A stretch of 64,000 nucleotides of DNA from Bdellovibrionales bacterium (GCA_018266355.1 JAFEAP010000029.1:711414-775413); one strand, 5' to 3'. Counted from the first letter of the stretch, positions 29,490-39,561 are shown. Translations and numbers: made by a program. The notes: a model not told the origin generated them from the letters alone.

Positions 29490-31474
29490 TTAGCTCCTTG
29501 GTTTGGGACTTGGTTTTGGTTTGCGGACGTGCGCAAACCGGGTTGAACGGATTCCGACCGGAGGTCGGACGGAAGGATGATCTTGAAGGTGCTGCCTTTT
29601 CCTTTTTCGCTCTCGACCTCGACGCGGCCGGAGTGGGCTTCGACGAAGAACTTCGTCAGGTAGAGGCCGAGGCCCGTACCCGAGATCTTCGTCGTTTGGT
29701 CGTTCTTCGCTCGGTAGAAGCGCGTGAAGAGGTTCGCGAGTTCCTCTTTAGAGAGGCCGATGCCCTGGTCGATGACCGAGATTTCGACGGTCTCGCCGAG
29801 GTCGCGCGTGCGGATGGTGACCGACGAGCCTTTCGGGCTATATTTCATGGCGTTATCGATGATGTTCGTCAGCACCTTGCCGATGAGCGAAGCGTCGATC
29901 TTGATCGGGAAGAGGGGCTCGAGTTCGAGGGTGAGCGGGATGTTCATCGCCTTCGATTGGGCGTCGAAACGCTCGACGAGCCGTTCGAGGACTTGGTTCA
30001 CGTCCTTCGATTCGAGGTTCAGCGTCACGCGGTTCGATTCGACCTTCGTCAGTTCGAGGACGGAAGTGATGAAGTGGTTCAGTTCCTCGGTCGACTTCAT
30101 GATGTGCCGGACGTTTTCCTGCTCGGCTTCCTCGAGTTTCGGGCCGGCTTTGCGCAGTACCATCTCGGCCAACCCCTGGATACGGGCGACCGGGGTCTTC
30201 AGGTCGTGGGTGACGAGGCGAAGGAAGTTCGTCTTGAGCTCTTCGACCTGCATCAGGATCTCGTTCTTCTGCTGGTAATCCCACCGGCGTTTGTACTCCT
30301 GGATCAGGCGGTACGGAACGGCGAGGTAGTACGAAAGGAAGATGCCGACGAGCGGCTGGGATTCGCGGATCCAAAGCCCTCGGATCGAGAAAAGGATCTG
30401 GCCGACGAGCAGGAAGCCGAGGGCGAGGAGGAGGGTGTTGAACACGCCGTAAAGCGGCGTGTAGGTGAAGACCGACCAGATCACGAAGGCGGTCATGAGG
30501 AAGGTCGTGATCCAGTTCAACCAGTCCGGCGAGCGCACGATACCGCGATTATGGATGACGGCGTCGAGGATGTTCGCGTGGACGACGAGTTTCGGGTTCA
30601 CGAACGGACGTTTCGAGTACGGCGTGAAGGCGTAATCCTCGGAGTCCGTGCGGCTCATCGAGCCGACGAGGACGATCTTGTTCTCGAGTTTCGAGCGCGG
30701 GATGCGGCCCTCGAGCACGTCGATCATCGAGTAAACCGGATAGCCCGTTTTCGCGCCGGCCTTCGGGCCGTACCCCGTCGCGCCGAAGTAGCGGAAAAAG
30801 AAGTAGGAGGCGTCGATGGACGCGTCGGAGAACTGCCCGCGGATCGGGGAATCGAGGTCCGGGCCGCCGAGGCGGTGGGCGAGTTCGAGGTGGAAGGAAG
30901 GTTTTCCGTAAAGACCGAGGAGCGCGCGGCGGGTGATCTTGTCCTCGCCGAAGACGTTCCCGTCTTTATGGATGACGGAGACGGCGTGCGGAACCGCCGA
31001 GAGCGGGTACGGCGGAACGACTTCGCCGTTGATGTCGAACGGCGTGCCGAGGATGAAGGGAGTGCCGCTGGTCTCCAGTCGCGAGGCGACGCCGACGAAA
31101 CGGCCGCCCCACTCGTTCCGGACTTGGTCGGGATAGGTCTGGGCGACGCGATTCATGTCGACGAGGTAGCCGATCGCGCGGGGGTGCGACTTCTCGAGGA
31201 GCTCGAGGAGTTTCACGTGATGCTCGAGCGGGACCGGTGCGAGTTCGTCGAGGCTCGTCAGCGTTCGGTCGTCGACGGAAAGGAGGATGATTTCCTCGGA
31301 CGGCGTCGGCTGGGTGCCCGTGCGCATGCGGAAATCGTAGAGCGAGGATTCGATCCAGTTGAATTCGAGGTTCATGAGGAAGGCGGTCAGCAGAATCGCG
31401 CCGGTACCGATCACGAGCGCTCGCTCGTGCCGTTCCAGTAGCGCTTTCAGGGTTTTCCGCTTCGACATTTCCAT
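29486..31474 (-). CDS. Sensor histidine kinase with a periplasmic CHASE2 domain
   Basis: TM anchor, CHASE2-like sensor, and three TM helices. HisKA (LVTHDLKTPVARIQG) and HATPase_c (GTGLGLYL) domains follow. ATGA overlap with the response regulator gene. Confidence 0.85.
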   Translation of the reverse strand: MEMSKRKTLKALLERHERALVIGTGAILLTAFLMNLEFNWIESSLYDFRMRTGTQPTPSEEIILLSVDDRTLTSLDELAPVPLEHHVKLLELLEKSHPRAIGYLVDMNRVAQTYPDQVRNEWGGRFVGVASRLETSGTPFILGTPFDINGEVVPPYPLSAVPHAVSVIHKDGNVFGEDKITRRALLGLYGKPSFHLELAHRLGGPDLDSPIRGQFSDASIDASYFFFRYFGATGYGPKAGAKTGYPVYSMIDVLEGRIPRSKLENKIVLVGSMSRTDSEDYAFTPYSKRPFVNPKLVVHANILDAVIHNRGIVRSPDWLNWITTFLMTAFVIWSVFTYTPLYGVFNTLLLALGFLLVGQILFSIRGLWIRESQPLVGIFLSYYLAVPYRLIQEYKRRWDYQQKNEILMQVEELKTNFLRLVTHDLKTPVARIQGLAEMVLRKAGPKLEEAEQENVRHIMKSTEELNHFITSVLELTKVESNRVTLNLESKDVNQVLERLVERFDAQSKAMNIPLTLELEPLFPIKIDASLIGKVLTNIIDNAMKYSPKGSSVTIRTRDLGETVEISVIDQGIGLSKEELANLFTRFYRAKNDQTTKISGTGLGLYLTKFFVEAHSGRVEVESEKGKGSTFKIILPSDLRSESVQPGLRTSANQNQVPNQGAK

Positions 31475-31764
31475 CCTCGGGAGGGTTCAATTAAAATGAC
31501 GCGTAAAGTTTACCGATCGCATCATTTTAGACTTGGGGTTTTTATCAGATGGGCGCAAAATGCACCAGTCTTAAGTGATTGAAACATCAATTTAAATGGC
31601 GTTTCCGGTTAGCGATCGTCATCGATGGATATATTCGAGCCTATAGGACTGAATGCTCAAGCGATGCGTTAAAATCGATCTCTATTCTTAAGATCTCCTC
31701 ACGATTCGAGTTCCTTCACTATTCTTCGGACCCTTCGCGATCGAATGGTATTACCCCTCCCGCC

Positions 31765-33129
31765 ATGGGTCCGATTCTGAACGTCTCCTTTTACCGATTC
31801 ACGCGACTCGACGACCTCGCTCGTCTGCGCGAGCGCGTGAAGGCGCGCGCCGCCGAGGCCGGATTGAAAGGGACGATCCTTCTCGCCGAAGAAGGGATCA
31901 ACGGGTTCCTCGCCGGCTCGCCCGAGCGCCTTCGCTCCTATCTCTCATGGCTCTTCGCCGAGGTTCCGGGCCTCGCGGGTCTCGAACCGAAGGAGTCCTT
32001 CTCGGCGGATATCCCGTTCACGCGACTCCTCGTGAAGCTCAAACGCGAGATCATCACGATGGGCCGTCCCGAGGTGAATCCGGCGACGAAGACCGGGCGT
32101 AATCTTCCGGCCCGCGAACTGAAGCGATGGTACGACGAGAAGAAGGATTTCGTCATCGTCGACACGCGGAACGTTTACGAGATCGCCCAAGGCGCCTTCG
32201 CGGGCGCGATCCATTACGACATCGAGACGTTCCGGGAGTTTCCGGAAAAGCTCGCCGACGAAGCGGCGAAGCTCCGGGACAAGACGGTCGTCATGTATTG
32301 TACCGGCGGGATCCGCTGCGAGAAGGCGACGGCGCTCGCGATGGATCTCGGTATCCGGGACGTCTTCCAGCTCGAAGGCGGAATCCTGAAGTACTTCGAA
32401 GAGACGGGCGGCGCGCACTACGAGGGCGACTGCTTCGTCTTCGACCACCGGACCGCGGTCGATCCGAGCCTGGAATCGAAATCGGAGCGCGCGTTCCGGG
32501 AAAAAACCGCGGACCTCGTCGCGACCTTCCCGCCGAACGATCCGATGAGCGCGCGGGTGGAAATCGCGCTCCAAACGAAGGGCATTCCCTACGCCCGCGA
32601 ATCGGCGGCGGACTTCGGGCTTCGGCACGGAGGCCGCGCGATCGGGTCGATCGCGGAAGCGCTCGAATACCTCGACGAGGCTTTTCCCGAGACGCCGTCG
32701 CTTTCGCCCGATCGCCCGGAACGGATCGCGCGGATGGCGGAGTGGACCGCGTGGGTCGATCGCGAGCTCGCGCCGGCGGCGAAGGAATGGATCGAACTTC
32801 GCGGGAAACTTTCGCCCGAGGAGCGGAGCGCGCCCTCCGTCGGCGAATCGCTCGCGCTCGAAATCCGTCTCGAAAAACTTCTCTACCGGTTGAAGACACC
32901 GCTCCAGCGGAGTCGGCGGTTCCTCGTCTTGGACGCGCCGACGCGCGCGGACCTCGCCGCTTACGCGTGGGTCAGGGCGCTTCGCGCGGCCGATTTTCCC
33001 CGGGATTATCCGGAGCGTTTCGCGCTCGTTTGGGACTGGATGGCCGCGGTCGAGGGCGAGATCGAGGCGGGCCTAAATCCGGCTCCGAAAGTCCTTCGTC
33101 GCGCGGGCTCGTCGATCTGGCCGAATTGA
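31765..33129 (+). CDS. Rhodanese-domain TrhO/YceA-like protein (tRNA U34 hydroxylase family) with an approximately 150-aa C-terminal extension
   Basis: UPF0176 N-domain (ILNVSFYRF), rhodanese active-site Cys (YCTGGIRCEKA), and a C-terminal helical extension. The internal Met was preferred over the TTG at 31579. Confidence 0.7.
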   Translation: MGPILNVSFYRFTRLDDLARLRERVKARAAEAGLKGTILLAEEGINGFLAGSPERLRSYLSWLFAEVPGLAGLEPKESFSADIPFTRLLVKLKREIITMGRPEVNPATKTGRNLPARELKRWYDEKKDFVIVDTRNVYEIAQGAFAGAIHYDIETFREFPEKLADEAAKLRDKTVVMYCTGGIRCEKATALAMDLGIRDVFQLEGGILKYFEETGGAHYEGDCFVFDHRTAVDPSLESKSERAFREKTADLVATFPPNDPMSARVEIALQTKGIPYARESAADFGLRHGGRAIGSIAEALEYLDEAFPETPSLSPDRPERIARMAEWTAWVDRELAPAAKEWIELRGKLSPEERSAPSVGESLALEIRLEKLLYRLKTPLQRSRRFLVLDAPTRADLAAYAWVRALRAADFPRDYPERFALVWDWMAAVEGEIEAGLNPAPKVLRRAGSSIWPN

Positions 33130-33170
33130 ACCGGTCGCCTTGACGCGCGCCGAGCGTTCCTTGATCCGGA

Positions 33171-34013
33171 TCACCGCGTTTCGCGGTCGAGCAGGAAGAA
33201 GTCGCAAAGAAAGACGGAGAGCCCCTCCTCGGGGGAGGCGATCACGCGTTTCCGGCTCTCGTCGAGGAAGGCGAGGATCTGGGATTGGAGCTTCGCGTGG
33301 TCTTCGCGGCTCAAGGAGTAGACGCCGGTGTAATGCACCGACTGAGCGCGGGGGAGGCTCGACTCCTGGAGCGCGACTTCGCGCCAGTTCCGGTGGTTCG
33401 CCACCGTGAACGGGGAGTCCTTAGGAAGGTGGATGCTCTTTCGCGTCGGACGCCATTCTCCCGCGACGGGTTCGGCGAGTTTCAAGCGACGAAGCGTGTT
33501 TAGGACGGCGAGCGCCTGGTCCGAGCCGATTCCGAGCCGTCGCGCGATCTTCGCGGGCGTGCGGAAACCGGGAATCGTGAGCAGGATATGCGCCGCCGAG
33601 GGGATCCAGTTCGCGTAATACGCGGCCGATTCGGCGTCGGAGGCGATCTTTTCCTGCCGAAAGCGTTTCGCGAGGTTTCGGCTTCGGGTTTGGGCGCGGG
33701 CGATCTTCTTGCGTTGGAATTCGCGGAGCTCGGGAGTGGCGGCGCGGTCGAGGAGGAGGAGGTCGATGAGGTAGGCGCGCTGTTCGTCGTTCAGACCGAA
33801 GAATTTCGCGAGCCCGCACGCGTGTTCGGGCGTGAGCTGGACGTGCGAGTTCATCGCCTGGGAAAAGAAGGAGCGCTGACAACCGGCCGCGCGCGCGAGC
33901 CGCGTCTGGTAGCCGTAGACTTCGCGGTTCCGCGCGATCTCGTGGCGGAGGTAATCCTTATAGCTCGTGAAATCGTAGAGGGTTTTCGCTTCCGCGACGG
34001 CTCCGCTCGGCAT
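33171..34013 (-). CDS. DUF4423/TIGR02147-like putative DNA-binding protein
   Basis: N-terminal HTH-like region (YKDYLRHEIARN...QTRLARAAG) and the overall architecture seen in the Fibrobacter/Bdellovibrio paralogous family. The assignment is from memory. Confidence 0.5.
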   Translation of the reverse strand: MPSGAVAEAKTLYDFTSYKDYLRHEIARNREVYGYQTRLARAAGCQRSFFSQAMNSHVQLTPEHACGLAKFFGLNDEQRAYLIDLLLLDRAATPELREFQRKKIARAQTRSRNLAKRFRQEKIASDAESAAYYANWIPSAAHILLTIPGFRTPAKIARRLGIGSDQALAVLNTLRRLKLAEPVAGEWRPTRKSIHLPKDSPFTVANHRNWREVALQESSLPRAQSVHYTGVYSLSREDHAKLQSQILAFLDESRKRVIASPEEGLSVFLCDFFLLDRETR

Positions 34014-34145
34014 GGCGAGTGTTTATGTTTAATAAACAAGAGCGTCAATAATTTATAATAGTCATTTTGCCGGATTCCCGACCCGGCGATAAATCCGCTC
34101 CATCGAAACCCGCGGGTCTCGGCCCGCAAACGACAGGAGATTCCC

Positions 34146-34541
34146 ATGAAGTCCGTAACGACTCTCGCCCTCATCGTCCTTTCCCTCGTTTCCCTCGGCG
34201 CCCGCGCCGACGCCGGCCGCGATCCCTCCGAGCCGATCTCCGGCAAGGCCGCGTTCTTCGGACCGATCGAAAACGTCGCCTTGATGAGCATCAGCGGCTC
34301 CGCGGCCGGCGCCCTTTACCAAGGCATGAAGCGCGTACCGGAAGAAAAATACGACGTCGGCCAGGGGAATTTTTTCACCCTTCGCCAAACGAGCAGCGCC
34401 GGTATGGCGTGCGTCCACACGCACTACGTGGGGGAAAAGCCGGTCTACATCTGTTTTATCGGTTTTAACGACCTCGAACGCGGCGACCTGGGCGGAGACG
34501 CCCTCGCGAAGCGGATCCGTTCGATCCGTTCCCGCCGCTAA
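34146..34541 (+). CDS. Small secreted hypothetical protein
   Basis: Signal peptide MKSVTTLALIVLSLVSLGARA; 131 aa; preceded by GGAGA RBS. Confidence 0.5.
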   Translation: MKSVTTLALIVLSLVSLGARADAGRDPSEPISGKAAFFGPIENVALMSISGSAAGALYQGMKRVPEEKYDVGQGNFFTLRQTSSAGMACVHTHYVGEKPVYICFIGFNDLERGDLGGDALAKRIRSIRSRR

Positions 34542-34622
34542 ACGACGATGATGTAAATGATGGGTTGCGGCATGGGGTGCCTTCGAGTACTCCATGCCCA
34601 CCCGATACTGAGAGGAGTACGC

Positions 34623-35426
34623 ATGCTGATTCGTGGATGGATCGGTGGTTTGTTCGTTTTGATTCTCGCTTCCCTCGTGGGCGCTCCGGCCGCCTTCGCG
34701 GAGGGCGGTATCTCGAGCGGCGGCGGGGATGCTTACGCGGCCGAATTCGTGCACATCGGGAAAGAAGTCCTGAACATGCTCCAGCGGGTTCCCGTCCGGG
34801 GCGTTTCCCGGGACCGGTTCCGCGCGGTGCTGAACGGCACGCGCGTCTATTCCCAGGAAATCGTTCGCCTCGACGGCCGCGAGCTCGACGCCGTGAATAC
34901 GCCGGCTGAACACCGGGTCGTGCTCAGCCGTTCGAGGTGGCGCGCGCTGCGGGACCTTCCGCGGAATAAACTCGTGCTCGTCGCGCACGAGTATTTCAGC
35001 CTGATGGGGCTCGACGACAAGAACTACGCCTACTCGAACGCGATTTTCTCGCGTCCCGGAATTCCGACGATCTCCTACACTTGCAACCTCTTCGACGATT
35101 TCGGACCCCTCGCGAAGTATCGGCTGCAGTTCCTCATCTACAAGGATTTTTACGCGGCCCTGATCGTCGACGATAGAGGGATGCCGACCGACGACCTCGG
35201 GATCACGCCCGTCTATACCTATACGATCCACGGGAATCCGAAGAACCTCGATACCCTAACGGGCGAGTGGGTCGTGACGGCGCCGCTTTACTTCACGACG
35301 CGGATCCTATCGCTCGATTACTCGGACAAGGTCCGCAGCGGGAACTTCCGCACGCTCGACGTCTCCTCGCTGAACCCGATCGCGACGAAGAAAAGTTCGA
35401 CCGCGTGTAAGGTCGTCCGGAACTAG
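34623..35426 (+). CDS. Secreted hypothetical protein
   Basis: Internal Met with signal peptide MLIRGWIGGLFVLILASLVGAPAAFA (the track start at 34557 lacks a signal peptide); no recognisable motif. Confidence 0.5.
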   Translation: MLIRGWIGGLFVLILASLVGAPAAFAEGGISSGGGDAYAAEFVHIGKEVLNMLQRVPVRGVSRDRFRAVLNGTRVYSQEIVRLDGRELDAVNTPAEHRVVLSRSRWRALRDLPRNKLVLVAHEYFSLMGLDDKNYAYSNAIFSRPGIPTISYTCNLFDDFGPLAKYRLQFLIYKDFYAALIVDDRGMPTDDLGITPVYTYTIHGNPKNLDTLTGEWVVTAPLYFTTRILSLDYSDKVRSGNFRTLDVSSLNPIATKKSSTACKVVRN

Positions 35427-37885
35427 AGCGTCGTTTCGGAGATCGTGTCCGGGTATTTCGACTCGCACGACGTGCCTTTCGGCTCGGCGTCCTTTTGGAC
35501 CCATTCCTCGATTTGCTGGTCGCTCGGGCAGAAGAGTTGGGCTTCGCGTCCAGTGTAGCGGTCGAGCTTCATGCGTTTCAGGTGATCGCTGACCGGGAAC
35601 GGCGTCGGGGCTTCGTCCTCGAGCGCGTGCTTCATGAAGTCGGCCCAGATCGGCAGCGCGCCGCTCGCGCCGGTAAGCTGGATCGGCCGCTTCTTTTTCC
35701 TCTTCTTGGACTTTCCGACTTCCTCGATCTGCTTCTCGGTCAGCGACTGGTTCTGGTCGGCGCCGACCCAAACGACGGTCGTGAGGTCGGGCGTGAATCC
35801 CGCGAACCAGGCGTCGCGGTAACTCGACGTCGTGCCGGTTTTCCCCGCCGCCGGACGGTCGAATCCGTACGCAGACGCGGCGATCGCGGTGCCTTCGGTG
35901 AAGACGCCCTTCATCGCCTCGATCAGCAGGTCGATCGGCGCGGGGGGGAAGACTTGCTTCGCGTTAAAGACGAACTTCGCGAAAACCGTCCCGTCGTCCT
36001 GGGTGATCGCGCGGATCGCGGTGAGTTCGTCCTGCACGCCGTGATTCGCGATCGTCGAGTAGGCGGTCACGAGTTCGACCGGCGAAAGTTCGGCGACGCC
36101 GAGTGCGAGGGAGGGAACTTCCGGCAAGTCGGACTGGATCCCGAGCGCGCGGGCGGTTTCGATGACCGCCGGGATTCCGACTTGGACGCCGAGTTTCGCC
36201 GCGACGGTGTTGATCGATTTCACGAGGGCGAGCCGCATCGGGATCCACCCGAGGTATTCCTTTTCGTAATTCCGGGGCGACCATTTTTGGCGGCCGTTAT
36301 CGTAGGTCAGCGTCCACGGCGCGTCTTCGACGGGATACCCGGTCGAGTAGGCGAGGCCCGAAGGATCGGTGCCTTGGAGGAAAGCGGTGAGATAGACGAG
36401 CGGTTTGAACGTCGAGCCCACCTGACGTTTCATGTTCAAGATGCGGTTGAACGTGGTTTCGGCGTAGTTCCTTCCGCCGACGAGCGCGCGCATGAATCCC
36501 GTCGAGTGTTCGACGACCGCCATCGCGCCTTCGATGCGGTCCTCGGGATTCGCGGCGGAGTCGATGTTCAGTTTCTTCTCGAGCGAGGCGACGCCCTTCG
36601 CGACGGACTCCTGGGCGAGTTCCGCGAGGTCGGGATCGAGCGTCGTGTAGACGCGGAAACCCGCCGCCGCGATGTCGGCCTCGGAAATGCGGTCCTTCAG
36701 CTGACGGATCATTTCCGCCTTCACGAAATCGGTGAAGTACGGCGCCTTGTTCGCGACGCTCGACGGCGGGCGGAACCGGAGGGGGAGTTTCTCGGCTTCC
36801 TTCGCCTCGTCCTCGGCGATGAAGCCGGCTTCGACCATCTTCTTCAGGACGAGCTTCTGCCGCTCGATCGCGCGTTCGCGGTAGCGGTACGGCGAATAGA
36901 ATCCGGGTCCACGGATGAGGCCGGCCATGAGCGCGATCTCGCCGAGGTGAAGCTCGTTCAAGTCCTTCCCGTAGAAGAGTCGCGCGCCTTCGGCGACGCC
37001 GTGGACTTCGTAGGAACCGACCTGACCGAGGTAAACTTCGTTCAAGTACCGCTCGAGGATTTGTTCCTTCGACGTCTTCATCTCGAGGAGGAGGGAGAGG
37101 AAGAGTTCGTTGAACTTCAGCGCGAGATTCCGCGTCCGTCGCGCCATCAGATTCTTCACGAGCTGGGCGGTGATCGTCGAACCGCCCTGCTGGAGCCGGG
37201 CGTTCTTCACGTTCACCCAGATCGCGCGCGCGATCCCGCGCGGGTCGAGTCCGGGGTGTTCGAGGAAGCGGGGGTCTTCGATCGAAATGATCGCCTGCCA
37301 GATCGGCGCGGGGATGTCCTCGAATTTCAGCACGCGGCGAATCTCGCGTTTTCCTTCCGTGTCCGCGCGCGAAAGCGTCGCGATGCTTTCAGGTTCGAGC
37401 GAAACGGCGGGGATCTCGCCGAACGCGCCCGGCGCCGTTTCCGCTTCGATCTTCGCGAGCGCCGGATTCTTCCCGCCGTCGAAACGGAAGCGAATGCCTT
37501 TTCCGGCGAGTCCGCGCGTCGGATCGTCTGCGGAGAGGAGGGCGTCGACCGGGTAGTCGAACGGATGAAGCGTGATCTGGAGCGTGTCCGCGTCCGGCGA
37601 AGTCGACGCATAACCGAGCGCCTTCAGCCGCTTCAGCAGTTTCGATTTCCCCATCGGCGGGCGGATCCGTTCGACGTCGGAATAGAGGCGCGTCGGGATG
37701 AATTCGTTCTCGTGATTGAACGCGGCCTCGAGTTGGCGAAACCCCGCGCGCAGCGTGAACGCGAACGCGACGGCGAAAAGCGCGACGAGGACGCCGAACG
37801 CGATCACGAGCGCGCGATGGGCTTTCACCCATTCACGGACGCGCGCGAAAAACGAAGATGACGAAGTGCGTTTAAGATCGACCAC
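35423..37885 (-). CDS. Class A penicillin-binding protein (PBP1, transglycosylase + transpeptidase)
   Basis: GT51 motifs (EDPRFLEHPGLD, GGSTITAQLVKN), transpeptidase SxxK (STFKP), SxN and KTG(T) motifs. A GTG start at 37885 (VVDLKRT...) was chosen so the gene does not overlap the divergent OMP gene. The track ORF extends to 38023. Confidence 0.85.
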   Translation of the reverse strand: MVDLKRTSSSSFFARVREWVKAHRALVIAFGVLVALFAVAFAFTLRAGFRQLEAAFNHENEFIPTRLYSDVERIRPPMGKSKLLKRLKALGYASTSPDADTLQITLHPFDYPVDALLSADDPTRGLAGKGIRFRFDGGKNPALAKIEAETAPGAFGEIPAVSLEPESIATLSRADTEGKREIRRVLKFEDIPAPIWQAIISIEDPRFLEHPGLDPRGIARAIWVNVKNARLQQGGSTITAQLVKNLMARRTRNLALKFNELFLSLLLEMKTSKEQILERYLNEVYLGQVGSYEVHGVAEGARLFYGKDLNELHLGEIALMAGLIRGPGFYSPYRYRERAIERQKLVLKKMVEAGFIAEDEAKEAEKLPLRFRPPSSVANKAPYFTDFVKAEMIRQLKDRISEADIAAAGFRVYTTLDPDLAELAQESVAKGVASLEKKLNIDSAANPEDRIEGAMAVVEHSTGFMRALVGGRNYAETTFNRILNMKRQVGSTFKPLVYLTAFLQGTDPSGLAYSTGYPVEDAPWTLTYDNGRQKWSPRNYEKEYLGWIPMRLALVKSINTVAAKLGVQVGIPAVIETARALGIQSDLPEVPSLALGVAELSPVELVTAYSTIANHGVQDELTAIRAITQDDGTVFAKFVFNAKQVFPPAPIDLLIEAMKGVFTEGTAIAASAYGFDRPAAGKTGTTSSYRDAWFAGFTPDLTTVVWVGADQNQSLTEKQIEEVGKSKKRKKKRPIQLTGASGALPIWADFMKHALEDEAPTPFPVSDHLKRMKLDRYTGREAQLFCPSDQQIEEWVQKDAEPKGTSCESKYPDTISETTL

Positions 37886-37970
37886 GGGCAGTGCGTTATC
37901 TGTCGGTAAGGTTGACGGTTCCGTACCGACTCTATACAAACCATCAATACCCAGATTTAGAGGAAATCCG

Positions 37971-39476
37971 ATGAAAATCTCGCTCAAACTTTTCGGTCTG
38001 CTTTCGACGTTCGCCGCGCTCACGACTTTCTCGAACGCGAACGCGATGGACCTCGATTGGTCCGGTCAGTTCCGCTCCGAAGCGGTCTTGATCAATAACT
38101 ACGCGCCGGAAGTCCAGACGCCCGCGACGGGCGGCGGTTACGAGATCGTGAACGCGGGTTCGAAGGACGCGCGCTTCCAATCGCTCTTCGCGCGGCTCCG
38201 CCCGAAGCTCATCGTGAACGACAACATCGCGATCAAGACGGAATGGTGGCTCGGCAACCCGATCACCGGATTCTACGGCTCGGACTACCCGGGCGCCTCC
38301 CGCTCGGATCAGCGTTATTACGACTCCACTTACAGCGGCGGCTCCGTGATCACGGCCCAGCGTTATTGGGCGGAGTTCCTCACCGACCTCGGCACGTTCC
38401 AAGTCGGACGCGCGCCCCAGCACTGGGGTCTCGGTCTCGTCCACCACTCGGGCGACGGCCTCTGGGATCGCTATCAGTCGACGGGCGATACCTATAAAAT
38501 GATTTCGAAGTTCGGGAACTTCACGCTCTCGCCCTTCCACACGAAGTACGACATGGGTGCCGCGGTCGGCGGAACCTGTATCGGCGGAGCGGCGACTTGC
38601 GGCCACCCGACGGGCGGCGCGACGCTTTCCGAATACGGCCTCGGGCTCCAATACGAGAACAAGGACGAAGACTTCGAGGGCGGCGTGCAACTCGTTCGCC
38701 GGATCGCCGGCGCGCAATCCGAATCGAAGTGGATCAACAACACCTCCGGCGGCATGAACGTCACGATCTGGGATATCTACGCGAAGAAGCGGATGGGTAA
38801 GGTCGACTTCGCGATCGAGGCGCCGATCTTCAACGGCGAACTCGTCGGCTACAAATACCAGGCGTTCGCTCTGGCGGCCGAACTCCAGTACCGCGCGAGC
38901 GATTCGTGGTCCTTCCTCGCCAAGGGCGGTAAGGTTCCCGGTCAGCCGAATTCCCCGGGCGCGGGCACCGCGAACCCCGACAAGTGGCGGATGGTTTCGC
39001 TCCACCCGAACTACAAACTCGGGCTGCTCATGTTCAATTACAACTTCTCGAACTTCGCCGGGAACAACAACGCGAACAACTCGGCCGGCGGCGCGGGCGA
39101 CGTGAAGTCGATCTACGACGAGCCGATCACGAACGCGAACTACCTCCTCCTCGGCACCGCGCTCACCGCCGACAAGTGGCAGTTCACCTTCAACTTCGTG
39201 ACCGCGAAGGCCGACCAAACGGCCCATGGCGGCGACCAGTTCTTCAACTCCCGCACGCGGGCCTATTCGACGACCGCCGCGAACCACGATCAGGGCAGCT
39301 CGATCGGCACCGAATTCGACCTCGGCGTCGCGCTGAACTGGGACGAGTTCACGACGTTCGCCCTCGACTTCGGTCTGCTCATGCAGGGCGACTACTACAA
39401 GTTCAACAACGGCGCGACGGACACCGATCTCAAGACGATGTTCGGCGCGGTCGGTTCGATCGGCCTGAAGTTTTAA
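37971..39476 (+). CDS. Putative outer-membrane beta-barrel protein
   Basis: GAGGA RBS and a signal peptide (MKISLKLFGLLSTFAALTTFSNANA). The sequence is Gly/Asn/aromatic-rich with an alternating pattern, and the C-terminus ends in ...GLKF. Confidence 0.6.
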   Translation: MKISLKLFGLLSTFAALTTFSNANAMDLDWSGQFRSEAVLINNYAPEVQTPATGGGYEIVNAGSKDARFQSLFARLRPKLIVNDNIAIKTEWWLGNPITGFYGSDYPGASRSDQRYYDSTYSGGSVITAQRYWAEFLTDLGTFQVGRAPQHWGLGLVHHSGDGLWDRYQSTGDTYKMISKFGNFTLSPFHTKYDMGAAVGGTCIGGAATCGHPTGGATLSEYGLGLQYENKDEDFEGGVQLVRRIAGAQSESKWINNTSGGMNVTIWDIYAKKRMGKVDFAIEAPIFNGELVGYKYQAFALAAELQYRASDSWSFLAKGGKVPGQPNSPGAGTANPDKWRMVSLHPNYKLGLLMFNYNFSNFAGNNNANNSAGGAGDVKSIYDEPITNANYLLLGTALTADKWQFTFNFVTAKADQTAHGGDQFFNSRTRAYSTTAANHDQGSSIGTEFDLGVALNWDEFTTFALDFGLLMQGDYYKFNNGATDTDLKTMFGAVGSIGLKF

Positions 39477-39503
39477 CGGCGTCTCGATCCGCGAAACACG
39501 AAC

Positions 39504-39545
39504 GGCCCGGGAACCTCATGGTTTCCCGGGCCGTGTTCTTTCCGC
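39504..39545. terminator. Hairpin between the convergent OMP and lipoprotein genes
   Basis: GGCCCGGGAACC...GGTTTCCCGGGCC inverted repeat followed by GTGTTCTTTCC. Confidence 0.5.
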
Positions 39546-39561
39546 AGGCCGAGTTGTGGAG

